NCBI GenBank assembly: GCA_021163265.1
Contig: JAGGXC010000023.1
Span: 6,378-70,377, forward strand
DNA: 64,000 nucleotides
Reading direction: 5' to 3'
Origin: a bacterium
GTDB lineage: Bacteria; Patescibacteriota; Minisyncoccia; Minisyncoccales; JAGGXC01
In this document: positions 36,644 through 47,279 of the stretch, piece by piece
Numbering within the stretch: position 1 is the first letter of the stretch
How the letters are laid out: every line of letters begins with the position of its first letter
Notes under the pieces: generated by a model
What the model was told of the DNA's origin: nothing
Databases searched by the model: none
What the model saw: only the letters and a program-made list of their open reading frames with translations
Program-made: the position numbers and the translations under genes

Positions 36644-39600
36644 TTATCTCGCTCCCAACAATTGATTAAGTTTGGCACGAGTGGTTCTTCCAACTAAACC
36701 AGTCCCTTTAACGAGTCCCCACGGAGCCAGAATCTCCTGAGCATATTTCTCTTGAAAACGGATCACCGCTGATTTGGTTAAGAGACCAAAGTAATTTGTC
36801 TCTTTACCAGGAGAACCAGGACCTGAATTAGCTAATTTGGTGTCAGGATCAGAATTCAAAATGATTTGCAAACATTTAACATCCTCTCCTGTCATACCTT
36901 TTCTCAGATTCCTGTCAAATTTCGAGATAGTACACCTTGATATTGTCCCTGCTCCCTCCACTTGGGCCAATAACTGCTTAAGCTTAGCAATAGCACTCAT
37001 AATTTCGAAAATTTTCTCTTTTATCTCCTCAACAGTCATTTCTGAAATTGGCTTCTCAAAAGTCACAGTAGGAATCTCGGTAATCTCTCCTGCTTGTTTT
37101 GGTATAACTTCTTCTCCTCTAGCAAGAGTCGTAAAAGTCTGATTAGTATAAAATCCAACATTGCCACTCTCGTCTCGCGATTTAATTTGATAATGATAGG
37201 TTGTTTCTGGCAAAAGCCCAGACAAAGTAAGAGAATGGAAAGTAGTTGTAGTAGAAGTTTTTATTTCTAATCCATAATCAGTACTTGTGCCGTATAAAAC
37301 CCATGAAATGGAAGGTTCGTTTGTTTTCCAAGTAATAACAGCGTAAGTATCACCTGGCTTTGCTTCAATGTCAGAAATAGAAGGAGCAACAGTATCTCCT
37401 AAATTCTCTACTGATATCCCTCCCCCTCCGCTGCTTTCTTCTTCCGAAGAAGATTCACTAGGAGTAGCAGAAACTGCGTCGGTAGCTGCTGATTCTTGAT
37501 CAGCATCATTTGCCGCAGAAACCTTGTAATAATAAGTAGTTCCATTAGTTAATCCTGTATCAGTATAGGAAGTATTAGTGGTAGTAGCTAAAAAAGGATA
37601 TTGTGATCCAGATTTACGATAAATATAGTAGAAAGTTGCTCCAGAGGAGCTATCCCAGCTTAATGTTACCTGACTATCACCTGCGGTAGCGTTTAATCCT
37701 GTAGGAGTCGGAGGAGCACCCTCAGAGGATTTACTTGGAGCAAAAGCAGAAAAGTGATCAGTGGAAGCTCTTAGAGTAATTGATTGCAGTGTTGACCAAG
37801 TAGCATCGCTTGGAGTCAGAGTAACAGCAGTAGGAATCTCCACCCAGTTATTGGCTGTGCTGTCATAATAGGAAATCTTTAATTTTCTTGCTTCGTCTAT
37901 GCTAGAAATACCTTCAGCAGAAAGTTCTGATTTTGTCAATTTCATCTCTATATCAACGGATTGATTTAGATTAGTAATCGATCTTCCCTGGTTGTCTCCG
38001 CTGGAATAATAAGCGCTAATTTCTTTAGCTTTTGAAGAGAATATCTTTGCTCCTTGAGCTTCAGGAACTTTCATTGTATTCTGAACCCTTATAGCTACTT
38101 CTGTAGCTTCTGAACCAAGAGCGCCATTAGGAATCTCTACTTTTGTATCTGTTGTCTGAATAACACCTCCTTGAGAAGCCCGAATAGACTGCTCTTTTCT
38201 TTGAGGATTAAAGTCCACAGCAGATAAATTAATAGTAACCCCAGTAGCAGGAGCAGTAATCCTCAAAGGCGTAGAAAGACGATAACCCTCAGCCACCGCT
38301 TCAATTTTCCAGTCTCCCGAAGAAACATTTAATGTAAAAGATCCATCTGCATCAGATACTGTCTGTGCCCATCCTCCTTGACCATTGCTAGCCCAAACCA
38401 TCGCATTAGCTACCGGAGTTGAATTGTACTGAACGGTTCCTGAAATAGTAACACCTGCATTCCGACTTAAAGAAAGAGTTAAACCGGAAATATCAGAGTT
38501 AACAGTAGTGCTGGTTACTGATCCAGAATAACCAGCTTTTCCTACTCCGATGTCATACTCTCCCACTCTTAATCTCAAAGTAAAGGTACCATCTGGATTG
38601 ACCCTTGTTCCTCCTCCTCCATTTGGACCACCTGCCCACACAAAAGCATCGCTTGATGTGCCACTATCAACTGTAACTGTACCCGAAACAGTATAATAAC
38701 TCACACTGCTTAAGTCGATATTGATGGTAGTAGAGGCAGAAACCGTAACAGTAGTAGCCGGAATGGGACCAAAAGCAGGAATCCCTCCCTCAATAGTATA
38801 TTGAGTAGAACCACTGAAAGGAACTTCAATTTTGTAGACATCGTAACTGCTAGAAGTAGAAACTCTCACATCAGTAAAACTATGTCCAAGATTAGAATGA
38901 GCACCAATAAAAACATCTTCAAAGGTATTCCCTGGAGCAAGATGAATTTCCAGAATAGCGGTAGAGCGAGAAATATTTTGACCAGTCAAATCAGAATTAA
39001 CAGCGTTTCCACTATTTAGAATCCCTTTATAAATTTCTCCTCTGCCGGGAACTGCTGCATGAAGGTACAAATTGGAAAGTCCTTTTCTAATTTTAATACT
39101 GTAATTACCAGAGGTATCTGTCTTCGACCATCCTACACCGCTTCCAAACTCCCCTCGGGTAATCCAAACATCAACATCGCTCTGTGCTGATCCATTTTTA
39201 GTCACTTGTCCTGATATAGTAACAAAGTTGCTACTTTCCAAAGTAAAGTTTACAATCGGATTTTGGGAAGCTGTCACAGCAATATTGCTTTGTTCTGTCA
39301 GTTCTCCATATTCTCTGGCAAAGCCGCCAACATGATAATTAGAACAAAGAGGAACATACATTTTATAATATCCCTGGGAATCAGTAAAAGCATGACCTCC
39401 GCCAGGACCGCCTTCACACCAACAATAGATATCAACGCTAGCAACCCCATTACCTGATCCGTCTTTTACATATCCTTCAATATAGGAAGTCGGTGGCTCC
39501 AGTTTAATTGTTGTATCCAGACCTATATCAGTAAGATCAAAATCACTGCTTGAATCAACAAGAATATCTTTTTGAACCGGGAAAGGCATCATTAGACCTG

Positions 39601-41851
39601 TGATTTCAATTTTATAAGAGCCTTCAGTTACATAAAGATCAAAATATCCTTGCGAGTTGGCTTGAGCGGCACTAGATTTTCCATTAGCTTTTGGCTCAAA
39701 GGCTATAATCCACAATTCTCGATATTTAATAGCAGATAAGGGATTACCATCAGCTCCGACTATTCTTCCCCTAATTCTTCTATCTGCTTCAGTAAAAGTA
39801 AAGTTGGCAGATGCTGTAGGGGAACCAGCGCTAACAGTAACTGTTTGCGAAGAAGGATCCAACAACTGGCTTGTCCCACTAACAAATGGAGGAATATGAG
39901 CTTCTATTCGATAAGTTCCTTCGTCTGGTAAAGCAAGGGTGTAGTTTGTTGTACAAGAAGTATTAGTCTTAAAGAAAGAAGGTTGAGGACCTCCCGGACC
40001 CATTTCTGCTTCTACTCCTTCAGGTAAAGCCATTACTGCCACTAATTTGTTCTGCCCTTGAGATGTACAGCTTGTCCCTAATGTAATAGTTCCAGACACT
40101 TTATAAGCGGTAGTTCCCTGGAGAATTAAAACCTGAGGACTGGAAGTAGAATTCCCTATCTGGATCTCTGAGCCAGGAGCAGACAGATAAGCTCCAGAAG
40201 CATCAAAAGCCCAACTAAATCCCATTGAAGAAACATTAGGAACTGTATAGAGATAAGAAGAAGGATCAAAGCTCGTTCCATGAGAATCACCATCATAATA
40301 AACATCTTCTGATGTCATAGAACCAATAAATATCCTCATGTTGGTTGAGGTAGCTATAGGATTGGTGGTGGTAGAATCAACGATTTTGAAATAAAGATTA
40401 CCTAAAACGTCAAAAAATGATGACTCCTCAATATCTGAAATTATACCATCGGATGTTCTTACCTGAACTGGCCCTGACTGAGCACCGGCAGGCACAATAG
40501 CAGTAATAAAAGCATCAGACCAAGCAGTAGTGGAGGCTTCTACTGGCGGTAGAGGTCCTGTAGATGGATTAAATCCTCCACAGAAAAGAAGGGTGCCTGT
40601 AGCATTACCAAAATCAGAACCAGAGATAGTCACGGTAGCCCCGGTGGTAGTGGCATTTGGAGAAATAGAGGAAATTTGAGGGACAGAACCCGAATCTACT
40701 GATAGGGTTGTGGTGGAATAACTAAATGGAAACTGTTCATAGTTGGTATCCTGAATACCTGAGGCCGAGAAACTAATCTGAGAACCAACGGTAAGATCCA
40801 ATCCTCTTATTACAACTTGATTGCCAAAGAAATCTATAAAAGGATATCCGGGCTGGCCGCAATTGGAAAGAGTGGATCCATTTATCACGTAATTAGAACA
40901 GGTCATTACCTGATCTCCTCTCAGGGTTTTGTTGGTATTAAAAATTATTCTATCGCTGAGAGCTTTAATAGATGTTACTGATGGAAGAGCAGGCAAGCTG
41001 TATTGAACAAGAGAGCTTGAAGAATTACCCAAAACATCTATTTCTCCTAACCAGACAGAAGAATAATAACTATTTCCAATATTAAAATTGATCTGGCCTG
41101 ATTGACCTACTGAAGTGGTAGCTAGTAGTGTAGTCCCCCCTGCATCAGCATAAGCATAAAGAAGACCTATTTCCCCTACACTGCTTGTAGACTGTAAATA
41201 ATAGTTTCCTCCTTGATAAAAAGCCTTTATCGAACTAGTATTTGGAACTTGCGAATGAGTATCAGCAGGAAATGACTGAGTAGTAGTTGCATTGATACTT
41301 GCAGGCGTACTCGAAGCAATTACTCCATCTGTATCAATACTTACCTCAAATGCTTGACGCACAGCGCTTCCATTTTCGGGCCATCCATTATCTGTCCAGG
41401 AAGTAGAAGAAGCAGTTTTAACTATAACAAAAAACAACCCTTGAGCAGGAGTAGTAGTAGCAGAAGCAATATCAATAGTAGTAGTAACTCCTATTCCTGA
41501 AACAGTGGTCGTAGTTAAAACCACATCTAAAGAACCATCTGAATCTGTATCTTTTCCTACTCCTACCCAATCAAAACTGCTAGTAGAAAGCTCAGTAGGA
41601 GTAGCATTGGTAGAAGAAACAATAGTAATAATCACACTATCTAAATTTTCTGGTGGAGTGGAGGTAGAAGAAAGCTCTATCATCATAACAGATACCTCTG
41701 ACTCTGCTTTTATCTTTCCATTAACCTGAGGGTTCGGTATCAAAACTGTAGAAGTACCAGAAACTGCTGCCTGACAATCAGTAACGAAGAGGAATAAAAA
41801 AAATCCTCCAAAAAGGAGAAAAAAGAAAATTAGTTTTTTGAAATTGAACAT
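36644..41851 (-). CDS. Giant secreted surface protein (1735 aa) with a signal peptide, Thr/Ser-rich Ig-like and carboxypeptidase-regulatory-like repeats, fibronectin type III domains, a coiled coil and a C-terminal peptidoglycan-binding-like domain.
   Basis: N-terminal signal peptide ending ..VTDCQA. FN3-like domains (PTGLNATAGDSQVTLSW..YYYKV). C-terminal module KLKQLLAQVEG..RCTISKFDRNLRKGMTGEDVKCLQIILNSDPD...AVIRFQEKYA, which resembles PG_binding_1. Confidence 0.7.
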   Translation of the reverse strand: MFNFKKLIFFFLLFGGFFLFLFVTDCQAAVSGTSTVLIPNPQVNGKIKAESEVSVMMIELSSTSTPPENLDSVIITIVSSTNATPTELSTSSFDWVGVGKDTDSDGSLDVVLTTTTVSGIGVTTTIDIASATTTPAQGLFFVIVKTASSTSWTDNGWPENGSAVRQAFEVSIDTDGVIASSTPASINATTTQSFPADTHSQVPNTSSIKAFYQGGNYYLQSTSSVGEIGLLYAYADAGGTTLLATTSVGQSGQINFNIGNSYYSSVWLGEIDVLGNSSSSLVQYSLPALPSVTSIKALSDRIIFNTNKTLRGDQVMTCSNYVINGSTLSNCGQPGYPFIDFFGNQVVIRGLDLTVGSQISFSASGIQDTNYEQFPFSYSTTTLSVDSGSVPQISSISPNATTTGATVTISGSDFGNATGTLLFCGGFNPSTGPLPPVEASTTAWSDAFITAIVPAGAQSGPVQVRTSDGIISDIEESSFFDVLGNLYFKIVDSTTTNPIATSTNMRIFIGSMTSEDVYYDGDSHGTSFDPSSYLYTVPNVSSMGFSWAFDASGAYLSAPGSEIQIGNSTSSPQVLILQGTTAYKVSGTITLGTSCTSQGQNKLVAVMALPEGVEAEMGPGGPQPSFFKTNTSCTTNYTLALPDEGTYRIEAHIPPFVSGTSQLLDPSSQTVTVSAGSPTASANFTFTEADRRIRGRIVGADGNPLSAIKYRELWIIAFEPKANGKSSAAQANSQGYFDLYVTEGSYKIEITGLMMPFPVQKDILVDSSSDFDLTDIGLDTTIKLEPPTSYIEGYVKDGSGNGVASVDIYCWCEGGPGGGHAFTDSQGYYKMYVPLCSNYHVGGFAREYGELTEQSNIAVTASQNPIVNFTLESSNFVTISGQVTKNGSAQSDVDVWITRGEFGSGVGWSKTDTSGNYSIKIRKGLSNLYLHAAVPGRGEIYKGILNSGNAVNSDLTGQNISRSTAILEIHLAPGNTFEDVFIGAHSNLGHSFTDVRVSTSSSYDVYKIEVPFSGSTQYTIEGGIPAFGPIPATTVTVSASTTINIDLSSVSYYTVSGTVTVDSGTSSDAFVWAGGPNGGGGTRVNPDGTFTLRLRVGEYDIGVGKAGYSGSVTSTTVNSDISGLTLSLSRNAGVTISGTVQYNSTPVANAMVWASNGQGGWAQTVSDADGSFTLNVSSGDWKIEAVAEGYRLSTPLRITAPATGVTINLSAVDFNPQRKEQSIRASQGGVIQTTDTKVEIPNGALGSEATEVAIRVQNTMKVPEAQGAKIFSSKAKEISAYYSSGDNQGRSITNLNQSVDIEMKLTKSELSAEGISSIDEARKLKISYYDSTANNWVEIPTAVTLTPSDATWSTLQSITLRASTDHFSAFAPSKSSEGAPPTPTGLNATAGDSQVTLSWDSSSGATFYYIYRKSGSQYPFLATTTNTSYTDTGLTNGTTYYYKVSAANDADQESAATDAVSATPSESSSEEESSGGGGISVENLGDTVAPSISDIEAKPGDTYAVITWKTNEPSISWVLYGTSTDYGLEIKTSTTTTFHSLTLSGLLPETTYHYQIKSRDESGNVGFYTNQTFTTLARGEEVIPKQAGEITEIPTVTFEKPISEMTVEEIKEKIFEIMSAIAKLKQLLAQVEGAGTISRCTISKFDRNLRKGMTGEDVKCLQIILNSDPDTKLANSGPGSPGKETNYFGLLTKSAVIRFQEKYAQEILAPWGLVKGTGLVGRTTRAKLNQLLGAR

Positions 41852-41976
41852 AAACCCAGAAGAATTAATTTTTGGACATTATAAAATTTTCGCACATCAA
41901 AAAACCTTGTCAAGATAGCATACTCACAATTACCCAACTTTACTTAACACCCAGAGATGAGTAAGGTCGGAGAGAA

Positions 41977-43743
41977 TTATCTAGTGACTAGTAAAGCGTT
42001 AATTTTCTTACGAGTCATTGGTCCAACAAACCCAGTTCCCTTCTCTAATCCTAATGGATCCAGAATTTCTTCTCTATATTTTTCTTGAAAACGAATCACT
42101 GCTGCTTTTGTAAGACTAAGAAAGTTTCCTGTAACAAGGCCTTCAGGATATATATCAGAACCTTGAGATTTTAAAAATTCTTGTAAGCATCTCACTTGAG
42201 GATTATGCATCATTCCGAAATAAAGATTTTGATAAAAACCATCACATCCAATCCTCGATTGATTATCTTCTTTATTCTCAATTACTGCCAGTTGAGCTTT
42301 TAACTGATTCAAAAGTTCGGTAAGCTCAGCAATTTTGGCTACCAACTCTTCTTTGGTCATTTCTCCAATTGGTTTTTCCAAATATTTAGAATTAACTTGA
42401 GACAAGCTCTCTTTTTTCTTCTCCTCATATATAGTAGAAGCCTCCCAGAAAAAAGGAATTTCAGGCTCAGAATCTGAGAAATCTGAGATTTTTGTCTCTG
42501 CTAAGGGAATAATAGTTACCGAAGTAATGCTCTCTCCTATTTCAGGAACAGTAATCTCTCCTCTTTGCTCTTTGTCAAGATCAAAGAATCCAAGAGACCA
42601 GTTACCAGAAATATCCCTTAAGAGATAGGGTACTCTAAATAAATTCTGAGGATTGCCGATGAATTTTATTTTTAAAACTCCTTTCCCTCCAATAAACTTA
42701 AACCAATTACCTGTCCAGTTCTTGGTTGTTTGATTAACTCCTAAACTACTCTTCCCTCGAAGAGGTAAAAAATTAATCAAAGGAGTAACTCTAATATTTA
42801 AAAGATTTTTGTTTTTAAAACAGTATTCTCTTCCTAAAGAACAATCATTAGCCAATACCGCAATTGCCCAATCAGTAAAGATATCTGAAAAACTTTTTTG
42901 AAACCCATTCTTTACGAGAGCTTCGTTGATACTTGCAATTCCTGTCTTATTTGAATGTAGAGAATCTACAAGTATTTCTATCCCATATTTCTCTACAAGA
43001 TAATGCACAAACATACTCAAAGCACCGTAATCAGCAGAAACGCCCTTCCATTCTGTAATTGAATCTGACGGATTTCTTAGAAAAGTATTTACTCTATCTT
43101 GAAAATAACTACCCACATATTGGTCGTCATATCCTAATAAAGTAGGGGCGTATTCAGCTCTTGCTTCGTTCAACCAGACATCTTCTTTTGCTTTGTACTT
43201 TCTTTCTTTCTGGTTAAAGGTAATTAGATGGACAAACTCGTGAGCCAAGAAGCTTTTAGCCAAAGGACTAGTAATGTATTCCGCGTTTAAATAAAGCATT
43301 TCTCTTTCATTAGAATTAGGAGCCTGAATCCTAGAATATTCATCAGTATCTCTAAAGTATCCGCGCGCCTCTTTCTTCATTGGATGAATCAACACGGTAA
43401 TATTGTAATCTTTATCAATACCGGGCCTCCATTCAGAACCAAAGGTAGATGTTAAAGTAGGATAAATCACATAATAAAATTCTTCTCCCAAAGAATTCAG
43501 AGATTCTTCTATTTTTTGTTTCTCCTGCGAATCAAGAGATCTCCACCAGCTGTTATCAATATAAAAATTTATCTTTTGTGTCTGGAGTTTTAAAGTGGCA
43601 AGCAACTCGTTTCTTCCTGATGCATCGTAAGAAGGATCAACAAAAAAATTCACTTGTTGACCCAAAGTATCAGCAGAAACAATAACAGGTAAAAAAACAA
43701 AAAACAATCCAATAAAAATTAACTTTATGTCATTCCTCATCAA
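41977..43743 (-). CDS. Secreted gluzincin-type metallopeptidase-like protein with a C-terminal coiled coil and peptidoglycan-binding-like module.
   Basis: Signal peptide MMRNDIKLIFIGLFFVFLPVIVSA. HEFVH (HEXXH) with NEARAEY about 20 aa downstream, arranged like the thermolysin third zinc ligand. The C-terminus, LNQLKAQLAV..VRCLQEFL..AVIRFQEKYREE, is shared with the neighbouring genes. Confidence 0.55.
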   Translation of the reverse strand: MMRNDIKLIFIGLFFVFLPVIVSADTLGQQVNFFVDPSYDASGRNELLATLKLQTQKINFYIDNSWWRSLDSQEKQKIEESLNSLGEEFYYVIYPTLTSTFGSEWRPGIDKDYNITVLIHPMKKEARGYFRDTDEYSRIQAPNSNEREMLYLNAEYITSPLAKSFLAHEFVHLITFNQKERKYKAKEDVWLNEARAEYAPTLLGYDDQYVGSYFQDRVNTFLRNPSDSITEWKGVSADYGALSMFVHYLVEKYGIEILVDSLHSNKTGIASINEALVKNGFQKSFSDIFTDWAIAVLANDCSLGREYCFKNKNLLNIRVTPLINFLPLRGKSSLGVNQTTKNWTGNWFKFIGGKGVLKIKFIGNPQNLFRVPYLLRDISGNWSLGFFDLDKEQRGEITVPEIGESITSVTIIPLAETKISDFSDSEPEIPFFWEASTIYEEKKKESLSQVNSKYLEKPIGEMTKEELVAKIAELTELLNQLKAQLAVIENKEDNQSRIGCDGFYQNLYFGMMHNPQVRCLQEFLKSQGSDIYPEGLVTGNFLSLTKAAVIRFQEKYREEILDPLGLEKGTGFVGPMTRKKINALLVTR

Positions 43744-43775
43744 AATTTATTTTAACAAAAAATAATATGCATGCA

Positions 43776-43818
43776 AGAAAGAAAAAGAAACACTGCCCGC
43801 ATCTGCGGGCAGTGTTTC
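43776..43818 (-). terminator. Strong symmetric rho-independent terminator after the 1134-aa gene.
   Basis: A 14-bp perfect stem, GAAACACTGCCCGC / GCGGGCAGTGTTTC, with a 4-nt loop, flanked by T-runs on both strands. A second GC-rich hairpin (CCCCCGCG..CGTGGGGG) sits at 43828-43857. Confidence 0.6.
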
Positions 43819-43874
43819 TTTTTCAATCCCCCGCGCCGCCACAAGGAAACGTGGGGGTCCGTTTCTATCAACTA

Positions 43875-46800
43875 CTAGAAGGTCAGCACTCCTCCAAGAA
43901 CTGGTGAAGCAAAGGTTCTGGTAGTTTCAATGGCTGCAGACACACCATCATCCCAGTTAAAGTCAGTACCGTCAGCAATGTAGAACTGAGCAACTGTTCC
44001 TGGGTTACCGCCTGAACCAGCAGAAGCATCCCGAGTATCACCAATTACATAGAATGTCTTGGTAGCGCCAGCAGGAATTGCTTTAGGGGAACTTAGAGTG
44101 AATGTCAATTTCTTACCATTAATCGTATCGGCAACAGTCATTGAAGAAGTGGCCAAAACAGTACTCAGATCGCTACTATCATACAAAGAGAATATTCTCG
44201 TCTGAGACGGTGTGGCATGACCTGTACCTGCGCTCCAGCTAATGGTAGTAGTTACTCCATTCAGGTAAGCAGTGTAATCACCAATATTGGTCACGTCAAA
44301 GTAGAAGACATGATCATACTGGCTTGGGAAGTCGCTTCCTGAAGGAGTACTAGCATTAGCCGCAACGGTTACACCAGTCTTGTAGATGTACATCGGATTA
44401 CCTGCGTAAATACCTGTGGTAGTTGCTGTACTTCCGCTGATAGCTCCTTTATAAGTAATTCCCGCAGTGAGACCACTTGCGCTACTGGTATTAATATTCA
44501 ATGCTACGCTTGAACCAGAACTAGCATAAATGATGTAATTGATCTTTGCTTTCACCATCAAGTTCTTGGTGGTACCTTTAGTGATTATCCATGGATCGCT
44601 TGTAAGATCAAAGATAGCTCTTCCGTGACTGTCAAGAGAAGTCAAAGTAGAACCAATCTGAGTAGAACCATCCCATAAACTAATATCATAGATAGAACTT
44701 GTTGGTGCACCACCTCCCAGACTTGCGGTATATACTATCCTTGTCACCTCTATATCTTCTCCTAAACCAGCTGTAAACTTGGTTTGGGTAAAGTCAATAA
44801 GATCACCCGTACCAGCAATTACATTAGCTGAAATTGGAGTATCATCTCCTTGAGCCACTATTAAACTACCACTATCTGCTATGTGTATAGTCTGACCATT
44901 AACATTCTGAGTGTAGTTCACAGAATTATTTGTAGTCTTACCAGTTCCATCAACTTCATCTATCACTATATAACCACCATTAGCAGTGGAAGTGGTAGTC
45001 TTAATATCAGCATAAATGTATATCGGCAACTGCTGAGAAGCCTCAAGACTAATGTAAGGAGAAGGATAGAAAGTGTAGGTAGAACCGCTTGTCAAGGAAG
45101 ATTGAGTAGAACCAATCTGAGTACCGGTCTCTTTCAAGCCGTTATAAACTTTCAAGTTGGTCAAGTTACCAAATCCAAGAGTTCCATCATCTGTTATCTT
45201 GATAGCAGTAATATCAGCACCTTCCGATGCTCCAGCAGTAATAATGAAGGCACCAACCAAGGCTTCTGTCTGACCAGGAACACCGGTTGGATTTGAAGCT
45301 GACCAGTTGCTTACAGCGCTGTTTTGAGCAACAGTTAAGCTTCCAGACTTAATTGTCAATTGATTACCAGCTGAGCTTACTGAGCTTACTGAAGCCAATG
45401 AATCTCTTCCGGTAGCACTCACAGAGTGAATCTTTACAGTAAGTGTCTCGTTACCAGTGTATGAATTACCATTTGCTTTCTTAACATCAGATTTAATCTC
45501 TATTGTGTGTTCCTGACCGTCAGCAGGTACAATGAAAGTACTGCCAAAAGTAAATGTAGTTGCACCAGCAGCTGCATCAGTAGCAGAAGAAGATGCATTC
45601 TTGGTAGATCCCTTCTGAGAACCATCAAAGTATACTTTCATCTGATATAAACCACTTGTACCAATTGATCCGTAAGTGTGAATTACCATCGAACTAATCT
45701 TTACATCTTCTCCGCTAGCTTTAACAGCAAACTTAGCAAGACTTACGTTGGTTCCATCGAGAGGAATATTTCCGCTTGGAGAATCAGAAGCTCTGGTCAA
45801 TGTCAGCTTACCAGTGTTGATGGTAGAAGCAGTGGCTTTCAAAACTGTCCATCCTGAAGCATTAGGTTTGATGTAGACACCATAACCTTGATCATATGCT
45901 TCAATATCGGTCTGCTCCTGAATTGAGAATTGGAAAGTTCTGTTGGTACCTCCAACAATATCAGCTCTCAGATGCATATTCTTGGTCACACCCTTGTCAA
46001 TCACCAATGGGTTGCTACCAAAATCAAATGTTACTGTCTTGTCACTTGCCATATCAGCAATAGTGTCAAGCAGTTGTGTACCGCCATCATATAACTTGAA
46101 GTTCTTCAAGTCACCGGCAGCAGTAGAACCCATATTGGTGAACTTGATCTTTCTGATCTCAATCTTCTGATCCATCGCAGTCAAATTAAAGTTGAATACC
46201 TCAAAATTATCCTGAGGATCAACGCTAGCAGATGGATCAGTGGAAGTAGCAACAGTTAACTTTCCAAGGTCAGAAGCAGTAGCAGTAGTCAGGGTATTTC
46301 CAGTGATTGGGAAACTGCCACTAACCTCTACACCATCTGTAATATAATCGGCAGAATCTATGCTGAAGTAGAATGTCTTTCCTGAACCAGTACCGTTAGC
46401 CAAATCAAACTTGAAAGTAATAGTCTTTGTTCCTCCGGCGGGAACAGTAAACAATCCACTGGAGTTCTCGAAGACCATTACTTTATCAGAGAAAGAATTG
46501 TATTCAGCTAACTTAGTATCGCCATCATAAAGATAACCTTGAGCAATATCGCTATCAGCAGAAATTCCGTTTCTCTTTATCTTCAGAGTGGTTATTGTTA
46601 CATCTGAATCAGTTCCATTAGAGAATGTAACTTTTAAAGCTGGAATTAATGCCTGAGCTCCATCATTTGAAGTGCTGTCAGCAACGATGGTACCTGCAGC
46701 AGGCGTATCAGCAGCTAAAGCTACTGAGAATTCTCCGGTTGTAACACCACCTGTTTCACCTCCAGTCTCGCCACCTGTTTCACCACCTGTTTCGCCGCCT

Positions 46801-47279
46801 CCTGCACCAGCACTCAGAAGCTCATTCAGCTTTGCTCGAGTTGTGGAACCAACAAACCCAGTTCCGCTTGTTAAACCCCAAGGAGAAAGAACTTCTGCTG
46901 CGTATTTCTCTTGGAATTTAATAACAGCTGCCTTGGTCAAAGGACCAAAGTAGGAAGTCTCATTACCAGGAGAACCTGGACCTGAGTCAGCTACTTTTGT
47001 GTCAGGATCAGAGTTAAGTACTATCTGTAAGCACTTAACATCATCTCCTGTCATTCCCATACTCAGGTTGCGGTCAAAGCTGGTAATGGTACACCCTGTA
47101 ATTGTAGCAGCTCCTCCTCCTTGTATTGCGGCTAACTGAGCTTGAAGTTGAGCCAACTGAGCAAGTAATGCATCAATCTGAGCCTGCAGCTCTTCAGCAG
47201 TAACAGCACTTGCACTCGGAGCTATTGCCCAAAATGAAATGCTTAATGCTAATGCGAATGCGAATAACTTTTTTAACAT
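43875..47279 (-). CDS. Large secreted surface protein (1134 aa): signal peptide, N-terminal coiled coil plus peptidoglycan-binding-like module, a GGET linker, then many beta-rich Ig-like repeats.
   Basis: Signal peptide ..APSASA. EELQAQIDALLAQLAQLQAQLAAIQ is followed by CTITSFDRNLSMGMTGDDVKCLQIVLNSDPD..AVIKFQEKYAAE, the same module as in the 1735-aa and 588-aa proteins. Confidence 0.7.
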   Translation of the reverse strand: MLKKLFAFALALSISFWAIAPSASAVTAEELQAQIDALLAQLAQLQAQLAAIQGGGAATITGCTITSFDRNLSMGMTGDDVKCLQIVLNSDPDTKVADSGPGSPGNETSYFGPLTKAAVIKFQEKYAAEVLSPWGLTSGTGFVGSTTRAKLNELLSAGAGGGETGGETGGETGGETGGVTTGEFSVALAADTPAAGTIVADSTSNDGAQALIPALKVTFSNGTDSDVTITTLKIKRNGISADSDIAQGYLYDGDTKLAEYNSFSDKVMVFENSSGLFTVPAGGTKTITFKFDLANGTGSGKTFYFSIDSADYITDGVEVSGSFPITGNTLTTATASDLGKLTVATSTDPSASVDPQDNFEVFNFNLTAMDQKIEIRKIKFTNMGSTAAGDLKNFKLYDGGTQLLDTIADMASDKTVTFDFGSNPLVIDKGVTKNMHLRADIVGGTNRTFQFSIQEQTDIEAYDQGYGVYIKPNASGWTVLKATASTINTGKLTLTRASDSPSGNIPLDGTNVSLAKFAVKASGEDVKISSMVIHTYGSIGTSGLYQMKVYFDGSQKGSTKNASSSATDAAAGATTFTFGSTFIVPADGQEHTIEIKSDVKKANGNSYTGNETLTVKIHSVSATGRDSLASVSSVSSAGNQLTIKSGSLTVAQNSAVSNWSASNPTGVPGQTEALVGAFIITAGASEGADITAIKITDDGTLGFGNLTNLKVYNGLKETGTQIGSTQSSLTSGSTYTFYPSPYISLEASQQLPIYIYADIKTTTSTANGGYIVIDEVDGTGKTTNNSVNYTQNVNGQTIHIADSGSLIVAQGDDTPISANVIAGTGDLIDFTQTKFTAGLGEDIEVTRIVYTASLGGGAPTSSIYDISLWDGSTQIGSTLTSLDSHGRAIFDLTSDPWIITKGTTKNLMVKAKINYIIYASSGSSVALNINTSSASGLTAGITYKGAISGSTATTTGIYAGNPMYIYKTGVTVAANASTPSGSDFPSQYDHVFYFDVTNIGDYTAYLNGVTTTISWSAGTGHATPSQTRIFSLYDSSDLSTVLATSSMTVADTINGKKLTFTLSSPKAIPAGATKTFYVIGDTRDASAGSGGNPGTVAQFYIADGTDFNWDDGVSAAIETTRTFASPVLGGVLTF
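46749..46796 (-). repeat. Four tandem 12-nt repeats encoding (GGET)x4.
   Basis: Plus-strand acctgtttcacc / tccagtctcgcc / acctgtttcacc / acctgtttcgcc. They encode a Gly-Gly-Glu-Thr linker that could vary in length. Confidence 0.5.
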
